Shown: positions 23,128 to 36,213, numbered from the whole stretch's first letter. The stretch: 62,512 nucleotides of DNA, filler included, from Choristocarpus tenellus KU-1152 (GCA_964200185.2; 13 parts of 13 records of this genome joined end to end with filler, not necessarily neighbours in it); one strand, 5' to 3'. Notes: generated from the letters alone by a model not told the origin. Numbers and translations: made by a program.

Positions 23128-26100
23128 CTACTGCATGGGCATCAGGAGGAGGTGGTGGTTATGACAGTGGCAGGGGCCAAGGCTCACCTCCTGTGTACCA
23201 TTGCCAGAGGAATACAGCTCAAGGATGTGCTCGTTTCGGTGAGAGGTCCTTTTTCTCACGCAACTACTATTACTTTATTATTATTATTGTTGTTGTTGCT
23301 ACTATTATTATTATTATTACTATTATTATTGTTCTTGCTACTATTATTATTATTATTACTATTATTATTGTTGTTGCTACTACTATTATTATTATTATTA
23401 CTATTATTATTGTTGTTGCTACTATTATTATTATTGTTACTATTATTATTGTTTACGGGTGGTGTGGTTCATTCAGACAAGTGGCGGCAGAGAGAATTGC
23501 TGGGGACCGGTATGTAAATGGATCGAGATAGAGAGTGGAACTGAGTGAACAGGGTAGAGCTGGAGAAGGACTGGACATGGACTAGTAGGTGTGGATGAGG
23601 TGAGACCAGTACCATTGCACCCAAGCAGTAAGTAAGCTGAGGAGATGAGAGGTGGATGGCAGAGGCTCTGATTGGGGGAGGATTACGAAAGGGGGAAGGA
23701 ACCACACGTGGATTGATTCCAAGGGACTGGTAGATAAGACAAGACCTCTGCTGGGACTGGGAGACCTGCTAGGAACTGGATGTGTGTGAAGAGGTTGGCA
23801 CACAGTACAGATATGGACATGGTGCTCTAACTACAGGGAGCCTTGTTTTCCACATCATCATTATTACTTATTTTTGTTCTGTAGTACTTTACGATCTCTC
23901 TCTCTGTACATATATATATATATACATATTCCTTTTTATTGTTTTGGAAGGAAACTATTGTGTGATAACACCGCCGCCGTTCCAAGGTCCTTTAATGGGG
24001 AGGCTGTATCACACCCTTTGGTTTATAGCGATGATCTTAAGGTAGGCTCTCTTCAAGCTGATGCACAATAGCAGTACACAGTTTTTGAAATTGTGTTACC
24101 TCAGTTATGTTATGTACAATGTATGGTGCATGATGATAAATACTGTTATTAACGTAAGTGCTCATTAACACAGAAATAAATAAAATACCTTGTTCTCACT
24201 ACTAGTAAGACACAACCTTGTTTCATCCCGAGTGCATGGTGTGCATTATGATTCTTCCTGTTGTGTGCTATGTTCCAGATGATCATAATGCATTCGAAGG
24301 TTGCATTGCATTGCATTGCATTACATTACATTGTGTGTGTTTTCTTGATCACCAAGGTGTTGTGTGCTTTGGTATGTAACCCTAACCCTAACCCTGAGAT
24401 TTTTTTAAATATTTTGATACAGTTATGTATATATGTATGTATATATGTATATATATACATATGTATGTATGATTAATTAAACCGCACGCTTTTCGGTGGA
24501 GAGTTTTGGCTTTTAAACAGGCTCACCTCGCACACTAAAAACAAGTTAATAGATTGTTGTAAAGTGTTTGTGTAAGGGCGATGAAACCAAAATTACATAC
24601 GCCTTCTATTGTTGTAAATAAATAAAATGAAAAAGAACCATATATATATATATATATATATTTATATTTGTGTTTTTTTTGTGTGGTATGTAGCACCGGT
24701 GGTTGGTATCACCAAAGGTCCTAAAGGTATTTGAGATGAAATAGCAAAGTCAGTGACAATGGATGTCAAGCATTGTTCTTTAAGAAGAGATTAAGATGAG
24801 ATCGATTGCTTTCATCCCTGATGTGTGAATCGAATTGCTGCTTCTATGGGAAGGTAAAAGATCCCTTGCGAACATCTTTTGAAAAACATCTTGTCCTCTT
24901 CGTATAGATGTTTTGTGTGTTCGTTGTTGCAATGTGTTTAATATACAAGTAGAGTGTACTTGTAGCAGCTTGCACCTTTTGAAAAGAGAACAGGATGGAA
25001 GAATGAGTGAGTGCGTGTGCTTGGTGGGCTTTGTTTGTTAGGGAAAGGGTTAGGGTTAGGGTTATAGACCTACGTGACCTGGAATGAATTATGTGAGTTT
25101 TGTTCCCCTAGTTCTACTGCTGTGATGTGTGCTAGTATTCATGCCTTTTATGAATATGTAGGATTATGCATTGAAAACAATATTTTTGTGAATGTACTTT
25201 GTTAATATACTCCGTTAATGAACTATATTTTTGTGAATGTACTTTGTTAATATACTTTGTTAATGCACTTTGTTAATATACTTTGTTAATGCACTTTGTT
25301 AATATACTTTGTTAATGTACTGTTGCCAATTCAACTAACCACTTGTGTTATTTTTTTCTCTTAGGGTTAGGGTACATACGGCGTGTAGAGACCATCACAG
25401 TTTTGATCACAACATAATCAAATACCCTAAAAAAACGCTCGGTGTGCCTCAACACTGTTGTCTTACTAGCAGAGTCATTGAAATGTCGTCAAAGAGCCAT
25501 TAAATTTTCATTAAAGAGCCATCAGTAGAGTGTTATTAAAGTGTCATTAAAAAGTCATTAAAGAGTCATTAAAGTGTCATTAAAGAGTCATTAAAGTGTC
25601 ATTAAAAAGCCATTAAAGTGTCATCAAAGAGCCATTAAAGTGTCATCAAAGAGCCATTAAAGTGTCATCAAAGAGCCATTAAAGTGTCATCAAAGAGCCA
25701 TTAAAGTGTGTGCGTGCACGAGGTGGGTGAGGTGGGGTGGGAAGCAAGGCACGTTGTGATGGATATATCCAAGATACGCACGATTTTACACTCTGCCCAA
25801 CACGCACATGCCGTGCAGTAGTGGATTGACCAATCAGAAGGATTGACCAATCAGAAGGCTGTGATTGTGATTTGATAAGAGTTCTTCTCCTCCTCCTTCA
25901 GTATCACAAATCGTAGCGATGTCCAGCCCTAACCCTATAATATATAATAATATATAATAAAATATATTGATCAAAAAATAGGTGCGGAGTGAAAGGCTCT
26001 TTGAGATATTGAGACGGGTGACCCCAGTTGTGAAGTGGCTACATGAGATTTCGACTATTTCAGACGGGACTTGCCGATTGGTTTGTGAGATGCTGGATGT

Positions 26101-29100
26101 GCAGACACTGGGAGTGCTCATGGAGGTAAGTTCTGTGGGTTTGTGCTCAGTGGGGTTTATTTGACAGTTACATCAGTGGGCTTACAGTTACGCTGTTGAG
26201 TTATCCAGTTAGTAGGAGTAGTTGTAGTAGTAATAATAGTAGTAGTAGTACTAGTATTAATAGTAGTAATATTAGTTACGGTTAATGCAGCGGCAGGCAT
26301 TTTGCAATAAAAAAATGACCTTTTATTTTTTGTTTGGTGCAGTTTATCGTTGATAGTTTATCATTGATAGTGTATCATTGATAGTTTATCGTGCTGAGTT
26401 TTTTTTCGGAGGTAGAAATAATGATACAAATAATTTATTGGTAGTATTGTTTTTAAATAGTGTCAATACAATCACAAACGAGAGTAGTGTTGTTGCATGC
26501 CATGTGTAGGATGTGTGTATTTTGTGTTGATTGTGGAGATCTCTTACGCCAATGAGATAGTTGGTAGATACAGTTTAATCGAGCTTATTTTGGTCTTGCC
26601 TTGTTACGATTTGCCTTCCATTATTACTGATGTTGTTTGCTTGATCTCCAACTTAGAAGGGCGATCTTTTTGTTTGATTGAATTTCTTGATGTTAATGCT
26701 TCTGTTTCCATGGTATTTGATTTGAATGGCATTTGAATGCCTGTTTTAAGGGAATAGTTGTTGATTTTGTTCTTGTCCAGACAGGCTATATCCCTAACCC
26801 TCTCCTTCAGATAGACAAAAACACAAGTATGCGTACCACTAGTACTACTACTAAAACTACTACAAAAATACAGTATCTCAGGGGGTGGTGAGATCATCAA
26901 TCGTATTTCATCAGATTGCAGAGAATCCAACTATGAACCGACCTTGTAAGACCTCAGTCCCTAACCCTAACCCTACACCCTCTCTCCTCCCCTTCCCTTC
27001 CCGTCGCCACCCCCCTCCCCCCTCAATGTACTGTGACCTCTAAATTAACCCCCCAGGCAGACGCAAAGCTTCCCAAGGACCTTACCTGTGCCTTGCATGA
27101 CCTCTACCTGACCCTGATGGCAGACCAACCATTAAAGACAAGGGTTGCTGCTGCCTATGTCAGGGCCCTACCGGCTGTTACTGCAGACTATGCACAGGGA
27201 GTTGGGGCTGTAGACTTCAGGCAAGGACACAATAAAGGGTATTTATATATATATATATATATATATGTACCCTCAACTGCCCTCCCTCTCGTCTGTCCTC
27301 ATCTGCCCTCATCTGCTCCCCCCCTTTATATTTCGTTTATGTGTGTGTTTATGTTTATGTTTATGTTTATATGTGTGTTTATGTGTGTGCTGTGCCGGTT
27401 GGTTTTATCTCTGATGTACTTACCAAAATCACCCCTTGGTCAACTCACTGATGTGTGTAACCTTTTTGATCTAGTGCTACATGCTACTTTTGTATGGGTA
27501 TAGAGGGAGGGAGGGAGGGAGGGGGGGAGAGAGTGTTCGCAGTACTCTAAATTATGGGCTGTGATCAGGGTTCCCAGAGAGGAAGAGGAAATTGAGGAGT
27601 GCATGCGTGGTGTGTGGTGTGAATTAGGTGTCCAGAAGTCTGGGCCAATGTTTCTATTACTGTTGAGAAATTTAACACATTTCTACATGATACGGTTGAC
27701 AAATTTAGCACATTTCTAACCATTTAACATACCTCAGACAAGTTTAAATCTTCGCCATGTTCTAGGAAGCACCTCTGGACTTGAACGATTGAGTTCACCT
27801 GGTCAGCAAATGGTGCATATTTTTTTGTGTATCTGGCCTGAGTGAAGCTATTCCAAAAATTCAAAAGTGCACGGCGACGACTTGCTTCATAATTTTCTTC
27901 TTTTTTTTAACCCTTTTTTTTGGCTTTTAACCTTGACCCTTCTTAGAACCTTCTTAGAACGTCTCGCTTTCACACACTCCCGGATACTTGTATTGACAGT
28001 TTCATCAGTTACTGTGTTTCTAGTGGTGATCTTTTTTTTTTTAATGCTGAGATTTGATTTGCCCGTTGTGAATGAAGTACAGCAGTACCGCGTACGTAGT
28101 GGATAGAAGTACCTATCGTGTGATCAAGAGGCATCTAGAAGACAGGTTTAATATTTTTATTGTTGTTCCGAAGTGAATGTTTGGGTTGGGGCGAGAGGCG
28201 CTATTTTGCATTAATGTTCTTACATTGTTGATTGCCTGACTCCACTGTACGCCCTCCCAAGATATACGTATCCCTACTGGCTAGGGTTATTAGTTGATGG
28301 GGGAGGAGCCCTTGTGGTCCTGTGACTTGAAGAGTAGCACACGGCATTAGTGGAGTGTACTATATTGGTAATACAATGTACTATATTGGTAATATTACAT
28401 CCTCTGGAGTGCAAGTGTGGGATAACCTGAATGGTGTCTGCCTGTCGACAATAGAGTCGATTACTGTTTGTGCCAAGACAATGAAAAAGAGGTTTCATCA
28501 TCTTGATTTGCGACAATAAAAATGTTGAGAATATAATAGTAATAATAATAATAATAATGGTTTCTGGCAGTGCGGTCTTAACCTCGAGCATAGACGGCAC
28601 ATGAACAATAACATTCGTTCTTTTTTATTTTTTATGTGTGTTTGTGTTGGGGGGTGTGTTCTTATTTTTTGTTATGACCTGTTTTATTCTTATTTCTATG
28701 TTGACAAAACTCTCTCAGTTCGTTCTCGTTCTGGCAATATAGACAAGTGTAGCTATCCTACACCTCATCTCGACGTGGAAATTGCATATCGTGTATTGCG
28801 TATCCTTTCCTGTGATATGTGTACCTCATCTTGTCACAATATCACCCACGAAAGAGACATTGCCAGAGATCCGTACGCCTAGGAGTATTTTGTATGTAAG
28901 ACCTTGTTGCTTCTAAAGTAGTAGCATTACAGTACTGTACTACTGTCACCATTCGTGAGTTCATTCTACTACACCCACCCCCTACCTACCTACCTCTTCT
29001 TTCACCCTCCCTCTGATCTGACCCTAAAGTTTCATTACCTCCCACTGTGTGGTGAATGGTGAATGGTGAATGTTGCTCACTCTGGACCCTCTCCCTCCTC

Positions 29101-29251
29101 CACAGTCTGTACACCCTGAGTGTACAGTTCTTGAACCGTTCTGCGTTTGTGAAGGAACTGGTGGAGAAACACCACCTGCTGCAGATACTCAGCGGCTGCC
29201 TCTTGTCGATGTTGATGCCAGCCTACAAGTGGCCTCCTCTTTTAGGCTTTC
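23128..29251 (+). CDS. UBR1/2/3-type (PRT6-like) N-recognin E3 ubiquitin ligase, internal exons
   Basis: Phase-consistent exons 23128-23238, 25982-26125 (VKWLHEISTISDGTCRLVCE), 27057-27220 (DAKLPKDLTCALHDLYLTLMADQPLK) and 29106-29251 (SLYTLSVQFL...LVEKHHLL). Matches UBR motifs DxKLxK..LH.LY and LSVQ. The third intron is GC-AG. Confidence 0.85.
23262..23452. repeat. (ATT/GTT/ACT)n compound microsatellite
   Basis: Directly visible; source of the poly-Leu and poly-Ile ORFs. Confidence 0.95.
25175..25322. repeat. 13-bp minisatellite (TTGTTAATRYACT)
   Basis: Directly visible. Confidence 0.9.
25490..25708. repeat. 22-bp minisatellite (CATTAAAGTGTCATCAAAGAGC) built from two 11-mers
   Basis: Directly visible. 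Confidence 0.92.
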
Positions 29252-29468
29252 GTAAGTGTCACACACTCTCTGTACTTGGGGGGGGGGGGGGGGGGGGGGG
29301 GAAATTTGAGGATTTTTTTTTTTTGGTGGGGGGTTTTTGGGGGGGGGGGGGGGGGGGGTGGAAATTTANNNNNNNNNNNNNNNNNNNNNNNNNNNNNNNN
29401 NNNNNNNNNNNNTTAATTAATTAANNNNNNNNNNNNNNNNNNNNNNNNNNNNNNNNNNNNNNNNNNNN

Positions 29469-29540
29469 ATGCACTTTCCTGATTTTGGTCAAAATGGACA
29501 ACCGGGTATAGCCCCCCCCCCCTCCCAGATACTTTGGGTC
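29469..29540 (+). mobile_element. MITE family A, right part
   Basis: CAAAATGGACAACC...CCCAGATACTTTGGGTC. Confidence 0.8.
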
Positions 29541-29779
29541 AGCTGCACCCCCCAAGTTCCATCAACCAACAGAAAACACCCCCTAATACCTTCTACTCCC
29601 TACCACTCCACCCCCTACAGTTCTAATCATACCCTCCTGCATGTGCTCTGCGTGCCTCATTGTATTTGGTTGCCCTTCAAATTTCACCACCAAATTTTCT
29701 CATGAAATCTTCCCCTCCAACTCTTGCTTGCCCTCTTGCCTCTCGACTCCTGAAAAACCTTCACCGTTCTGCCTCAAAG

Positions 29780-32700
29780 GTGTATGATGGGTCGTGGCTT
29801 GCGGGTGGGAGAAGCGGCATGGGCACTCTCTACCTGCCCAATGGGGACATATATGAGGGGCAGTGGCTTTTTGACAAGAAGGAAGGGCCAGGTGAGGATG
29901 TAATGATGTGGTAGGGTATCCCAATTCTTTGAGGAATAGCCTGACTCAAGAATCATGAATGCAAACCTCAGAGAGCACTTAGTTACAGTTGGGTGCAAGG
30001 TTCAAGTGGTGGTGGGATGCAAACTGTTAACCTGCACATCAACAGCTGTCTGGAGATTCGATGACATAGATCAGTGCCTCGAATCTAGAGCTTACTTTCA
30101 CATTTTGCAAGCATGTATTCCATACTCTGGGTGTGCTGTACATACACAAAGACAAACAAGCTTTGTTGGTGAGAACAGAAATATGTAAAATGGAGTACTT
30201 GCACAAGGTCTAACTGCCCAAGATTTAAACCAAACGGTCCTGTTCCTACGGTAGAGTCAGGTCTTGGCGCTGGAGATCGGATTAGAACCATTTCCCCTTG
30301 AACAAATAGCAAGAAAAGTTTTCTACTCTAAGCAACCTTGGGCCTATGATCAGAGTCACTACACTGATGCCCAATACTGTACCATCGGATATGCTTTCCA
30401 AAGCAGCGACAGGGTGACATCTACTACTTGTCGTCCCCTTCCCTTGGTTGATTTTCCATGTAGTAGTAGACATATCCGAATTGAAGAGAGGGCTAGCTCC
30501 CTGCATGAATTATCACCATGACCATCAGAAGGCTCTACTGAGAAGCAATGGAAGCACTTAGCCCCATCTTGTCTCCTCTCAACAGTGTCTAGAAGTACCA
30601 AGTCAGGTGTATCTTTTCATCCCTTTCTCCTCTTAGCATATCCTGCTCTCCTCCATTCTGGCAGGTCGTTTCCTCTATCTGTCCACTCGCAAGATATACG
30701 AGGGTGAATGGGTCGACGGCATGCCCAAATGTGGGGAGTTCAAGAATATGCCTGAGGTTAGTACACCATTTACTCCCATCACACTTCCGTCTTTGAAGTT
30801 GTTATGAATAGCTCTTCCTCTATCACGTCTTGTGTGCTATTCCTCCTCTTCCTCCTCCTATGACCTCCCTCAAGAACAGGTTGGGCTATTCTCCATTTAA
30901 CAATGGAAAAGTAAACACAAATCATGCAAGATCATGAAAGCAGCAAGCAAATGATGACCTCCTTAAGCCTCCCCCCCTTGTGTCTCGAGCCTTAAAGAAA
31001 TTACCTGAAGAAGATATGCACTTTCCCACCAATATTCTCATGAGCACCAAACAACGAACAGTTACTGATAAAAATTGCAGCAAGGGCACAATATTCAAAA
31101 ACTCCAGATTATTTATGGAATAGTAGAACTTGGCCTTCAATCATTTTCATGACATTCCAAACCCCTACTCAAGCCTCCCACAGTCGGTAAAAGCAAAGTT
31201 CCTTGCTCATAGAGAAACATTTTGGAGGTACAGCTCCAAAGCATTCCAGAGGGTGGAGTTTGCCCCTGTTTGTCCATTCGGGACTTGGCTCCCCACGGGT
31301 TTTTTGTGCTCTTTTTTAGTTCTTTGACTATGAAAGATGTGTCTGGAGCAAGGATATTGATGCTTGGCAACAAACACGATAGCCAAAATTACATCAAAAT
31401 CGAAACATTGGATTTTTGAGTCCAAACCGATGCAGCCCTACCCTCTGAAAGATCCAAAGTATCTGGGGGTTGAGGGGGGGTCTAGATCAGGGTGTCCATT
31501 TGGACCATAACCAGGAAAAGTGCACGTACATTATCCATCCAACGTATGTAACCAAATCACCCAAAATTCGCAACATGAAAAATCCCCCCCCAAATGGACA
31601 GCCACCGCCTCCCCCCAGATACTTTGAGCCAGATGCTTTGGGTCGTTAACCCCAACGACCCAACCACTCATAATCCATAATGCTTCCAAAATAGACTATT
31701 TATCGAACCAAGCATTGCCATCATTCAACTGGGCAACATTGGTTGTGTGAGACAGTTCTCTGGAACGAAATCTGAAGAGGACGAAAAAGTGGAATGACTT
31801 TGCTTGAAGGCTCAATTGCTTGCTTGATCACATTACCCGACCGTTTCAACCCATCACCTTTCTCATGGGCAGGACCAGAGAAGCCGAATGAGCTCTCACA
31901 TTATAAAGAATCCACATTACTAACTACTACTTACTATTGACTTCCGGGACTCCTCTGAGGTTCAGGGCCTGCACGCCACCCCCCCAAATCTCCATCTTGA
32001 AGACTACTAATTTCCTTTGGAGATATAAGAATTGCTCCAGACATCTCTGCTTTCATTTAATCACCTCATCCTCTCAAGCCCTGCAAGTAGTTCCAGCTCT
32101 TTTGATGACATGTTAAATCTCACTCACAGCATTGCATTGATCAAAGAACATTCAAGACAGGTGTGGTGAGAGCGGTCTACCATGCCTGTGACTTGCTCTC
32201 CCCTTATTTTTTCTGTTCTGACTTGATCTCTACATATCCCTCCTTCCTTGGCGTTCGTTTATGGTCACGAACACAACATACTCGGGCATGAGGTAGGGCC
32301 TAGTTAATACTGGCGGACATGATGGGAGCTTTCCCTTACCGCAGCTGACTTTGAAGCGCGCAAGTGTGATTTTAAATGGTGCAATAGCACATATACGAAA
32401 TGCACGGGCTGCCAGACACTCACAACCTGGGAGGATCTTCAGCACAGAGGAAATGGTATGTACCTTAGAATATGGCGGCATAAAAGGGTCAAGAGTAGCT
32501 GGAACTAGGTAGATAGACACAACGAGTTATGGCTATGCTGCTACGTTATAACTCGTCAATTGCATAAAAGTAGGGAACATGAGAGCAAGGAGAGAGCCAA
32601 AGTATATTAGAGGGTAGAGCCACGTCTATTGGGGGCCAAAATCCAATGTTGCGATTTTGAAGAAATTTTGACAGTTGTCTTTGTTGGAAGTGTCAATATC

Positions 32701-35231
32701 CATGTTCTGGACACAGCTTTTCATAACATATACACTTTACCTACTCCTAAACATTTTGGATTAGGAAAATGTCATAAAAGAACCCAATGGAATCCAAGCC
32801 CCAAATGAACAAACAGGGCAGGATTCGTACCCTCTAAGATACTTTCACTCAGAGGAAGGGCGGGAGGGTAGTCAAGAGTAGCAAGAGAGTGGTACAAGGT
32901 TGATTAGGGTTAAGGGATATGATACCAAGAGTAATGTCTGCACCGGTAGAATGTCCCATATGTCACATTGAACCAATAGCATGTGTATGCTCTCTAATAA
33001 TCCCTACTTGCTCAATAGTTGTACAAGATGTACCTCAGCGTTTAGTGCTCAAAGAATTAAGCATATCAAATGATACCTTCAGTAAAGGAGGACAGATGAT
33101 GGAATGGATCAGTCAGGGGGTTGTCACATTAAGTTGCAGAGGTCTAGGACCTGGACGCATATAATAATAGGTGTATGAGCGGTAAGAAACTCGTGCTAAT
33201 CTGAATGAGCTTGTAAACACTGCGAGTTTGACTTATTGTTTGTTACTTGACCATGGTACACTTGTTACTTGACCATAGTACTCTTGTTACAGTACAAGGC
33301 ATTCAGAGGGTAGAGGATTACCCTTGTTTGTCCATTTTCTGTGAACACAGTTACCTTATCGGAAACATTTCGGATTAGGTAAAATGGGAGCAAAGATATT
33401 GTCACTTGCTATCAAACATGATAGCCAAAATTACATCAAAATCGAAACATTGGATTTGTGACCCCGAACGGACGTGGCTCTACCCTCTGAGATACTTTTG
33501 CCTTACTTGACCATGGTACACTTGTTACTTGGCCATGATACACTTGTTGACCATTGTTGGTACGTCCTTGTAAGACAGTAATGGTGTGAGTGAGAACTAT
33601 TCTTGGTGAAACACTCTTTGTGCCGTGGGTGACCAAAGTTGCTTCTCCACAGATTTGATATGAGCATCAATATCTACAAACGGCAGTTTATATCCCGACT
33701 TAACAACTGAGTGAAAGTATCTTTAGAGGGTGCAAGTTTTCCCCTGTTTGTCCATTTGGGGCTTGGCTTCCCACGGGGTTTTTAATGACATTTTACCTAC
33801 TCCAAAAGGTTTTAGAGTAGGTAAAATGTAAATGTTATGAAAAGGTATGTCCGGAACAAGGATATTGACATATCCTAACAAACACGATAGCAACAGTTAC
33901 ATCAAAATTACAACATTGGATTTTGGCCCCCAAGTGGACACGTCTCTACCCTCTAAGATACTTTGACTCAACTTTACGACATCATTAAGTCCACACTCTC
34001 TACGCCAATTCCCTCTCTCTAACTTCCTCTTCCACATTTTCGATCTGTCATGAACAGGATATCTTGAGTGAAGTCTTCAGCTGCTTTGATTTCTCCAAGG
34101 GTGGCTTGGTGGCTGCCTCAGCTCTTCCCTCAATACTCGACGAAGTGAAACTCTCAATAGGTGCTGATAAGGTATGTCCAAGTCAAATAAACGCCCAATA
34201 TGGTTGCATTCAATCCCTTGCAGGCATGCCAGGGAGTTGAAACATAAACTGATGGCAGAGCCAACGCTTCTCATCCCTACGGACCTATATCTATGAATCT
34301 ATTATAAAAAAAAATGTTCCTCATGACACAAATTATAGCATCGCACTATTGCAGGTACCCTAGTAATAAGGACATACTAGGGCGTACTCTGAATCAATGA
34401 TACTTGGCGAAGTGTATGCAACGGAAGAACAAACCAAACACAGTGTAACTCTTGGGGCAATTTATAAAAGAAACGATTTTTAAAATCTTTAATGCAGCTT
34501 ATGTTCTGCAGAAGACTGGAGACTGAATGCGTACGAGTAGCCCATGAAAAAGTAAATGGCCAACCTATTTCCTGCTTTATTGGCACCTCACTGATGGATA
34601 CCAATACTTCAATTGCAGTAGAGGATCATGGTAGACAGAACTCTCTCTTTCCCCTGGATTTTCTGCGCGAAATGTACTTGCATGTCTAGAATTACACATG
34701 TTACCTCTGAGATACAAGAACCCCTAAGTGTGACCTTGAAGTTTCAAGATTGACTGGAAGTGTATTACTCTCGCACTTGGCTTCGGGTAGTGTGTAGGTC
34801 TCTTCACGTTACTCTATCTGTATATATTTTAGTATTTCCTGTTTTTCCCCTGACAGCATTTGCAAAATTCCACCAAGCACTAATAAAAGCTCTTCCTGTA
34901 GTGTGCCATAACCATCCTTCCAAAGTCCATACTTTGAACCAAGAATAAATAGATTTGAGTGTGAGGTTGATAATGGTGCAACAGGAAAAATAGTGCAGTT
35001 CTAAATGAATTTGTGATGTTTCTTACCATTGCCAGACCACCCCTCTTCCCTAATTATCCGGCAATTCTCCACTATTAATTTGGTGTCCTACCATACACAA
35101 TGAACATGCCCTTCCCACCATTTTAATCCTCCACTCAGGTTCAGCATTTACTGAATGAGCTCCAGGCGGATCCAGACACTGCCATCTCCTTCCCGGAGTT
35201 CATTGATATTGTTTCCCTCCTCATGTCCTGA
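29780..35231 (+). CDS. MORN3-like MORN-repeat protein with C-terminal EF-hand-like pair (3' part)
   Basis: Phase-consistent exons 29780-29891 (YDGSW..GxRSGMGTLYLPNGDIYEGQW), 30665-30756 (YEGEWVDGMPKCGEF), 32297-32455 (FPLPQLTLKRASVIL), 34058-34171 (EVFSCFDFSKGGLV) and 35139-35231 (DTAISFPEFIDIV, stop). Confidence 0.85.
31233..31644 (+). mobile_element. MITE family B copy carrying a nested family A copy in its right TIR
   Basis: Family B body ends CCCTCTG-AAA-[family A 31451-31630]-AGA-TGCTTTGGGTC. Confidence 0.85.
31451..31630 (-). mobile_element. MITE family A, complete, reverse orientation, nested
   Basis: GATCCAAAGTATCTGGGGG...CCCCCAGATACTTTGAGCC; flanks AAA/AGA. Confidence 0.9.
32594..32850 (-). 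mobile_element. MITE family B, complete, TSD AGA
   Basis: GAGCCAAAGTATATTAGAGGGTA...TACCCTCTAAGATACTTTCACTC; flanks AGA/AGA. Confidence 0.92.
33291..33503 (+). mobile_element. Internally deleted MITE family B inserted in a 22-bp tandem repeat
   Basis: Family B segments flanked by TTAC/TTAC within (TTACTTGACCATGGTACACTTG)n at about 33240-33560. Confidence 0.8.
33709..33969 (+). mobile_element. MITE family B, complete, 4-bp TSD AACT
   Basis: GAGTGAAAGTATCTTTAGAGGG...CCCTCTAAGATACTTTGACTC; flanks AACT/AACT. Confidence 0.92.
34380..34990 (+). mobile_element. Possible decayed Helitron PIF1 helicase remnant in a MORN3-like intron
   Basis: NSLFPLDFLREM (compare YPxEFLNSL) and, across a frameshift, CAITI..KS / TLNQE*IDLS (compare FAxTINKSQGQTLxxVGIDL). 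Confidence 0.4.
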
Positions 35232-36065
35232 CAACAAGTAGTCCATTGACAGCCACAGCCAGGACAATGAAGATGATGAAATAATACATAATACACAAGT
35301 CCTCTAGGCGGCAAGTACTCTAGTCAAACATGCCTCCCATGGATTCATGCTGGTCCAAGGGTATGAGCGGTTGAGGTCTGATTTTCTTGTTCAAACACAG
35401 CAATAAAGGAAGAATCCACAGCCCAAGAGCTCTTGTCGGGTTGCTGTGGATATTAGTTACATTATTATTATGTGTCAGGTCCACTCCCTCTTTAACGTAT
35501 ACCTGCAATACTAGCAGATAAAATTATTTGATCATTTGGATCTCCTGACCATGGTATTATATAATACTCTCACAGGATGACTTCCTGTAGGGAAATTTAG
35601 AGCCAAAGTACCCTAAAGGGGCTGGATTAATGGCAACATTGTTTTTAAGGGGCTTACAAACGCGATGCCTGACAATCCATTTTCACGGCCTAGACTCTGG
35701 TATTGTAGCCTTCATTAGGAGTCTGTTGTAGAAGAAAAAACCCTGCGGATGGATGTATTGTCATTGGATTTGAGGATTTATGTACGTAAAGATGCCAAAC
35801 TAAAAACAGTAGCAGAGATCTATTAATAATAGTACCCCTGTCTAGGATACACTGGCTCTTAAAAAGAAGTCCAAGGTAGTGTTATTATGGAGACCTTTTT
35901 CTTTGTTTAACATGACTTTACTTGATCCCAACTTACTTTTTACCGTTAGGGTAAATGGTATTCGTTTGTGGGCTGTTATTTTGAAAACTAACACTCCTGG
36001 AGACAGGTTATGGCATGCCTCTTACTGATTGCTTAAAGCTCATTGAAATATTGACCTTAGCTACT

Positions 36066-36113
36066 GAGCCAAAGTATCTTAGAGGGTAGAGCCGTGTCCA
36101 TTTGGAGATCAAA
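36066..36113 (-). mobile_element. MITE family B end, cut by spacer
   Basis: GAGCCAAAGTATCTTAGAGGGTAGAGCCGTGTCCATTTGG. Confidence 0.85.
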
Positions 36114-36213
36114 NNNNNNNNNNNNNNNNNNNNNNNNNNNNNNNNNNNNNNNNNNNNTTAATTAATTAANNNNNNNNNNNNNNNNNNNNNNNNNNNNNNN
36201 NNNNNNNNNNNNN

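Noticed and set aside
22996-23531. Poly-Leu / poly-Ile ORFs resembling membrane proteins
   Set aside because: Translation of an intronic ATT microsatellite; only 23128-23238 is a plausible exon.
25490-25708. CRISPR-like appearance of regular repeats
   Set aside because: Contiguous tandem units with no unique spacers and no cas genes.
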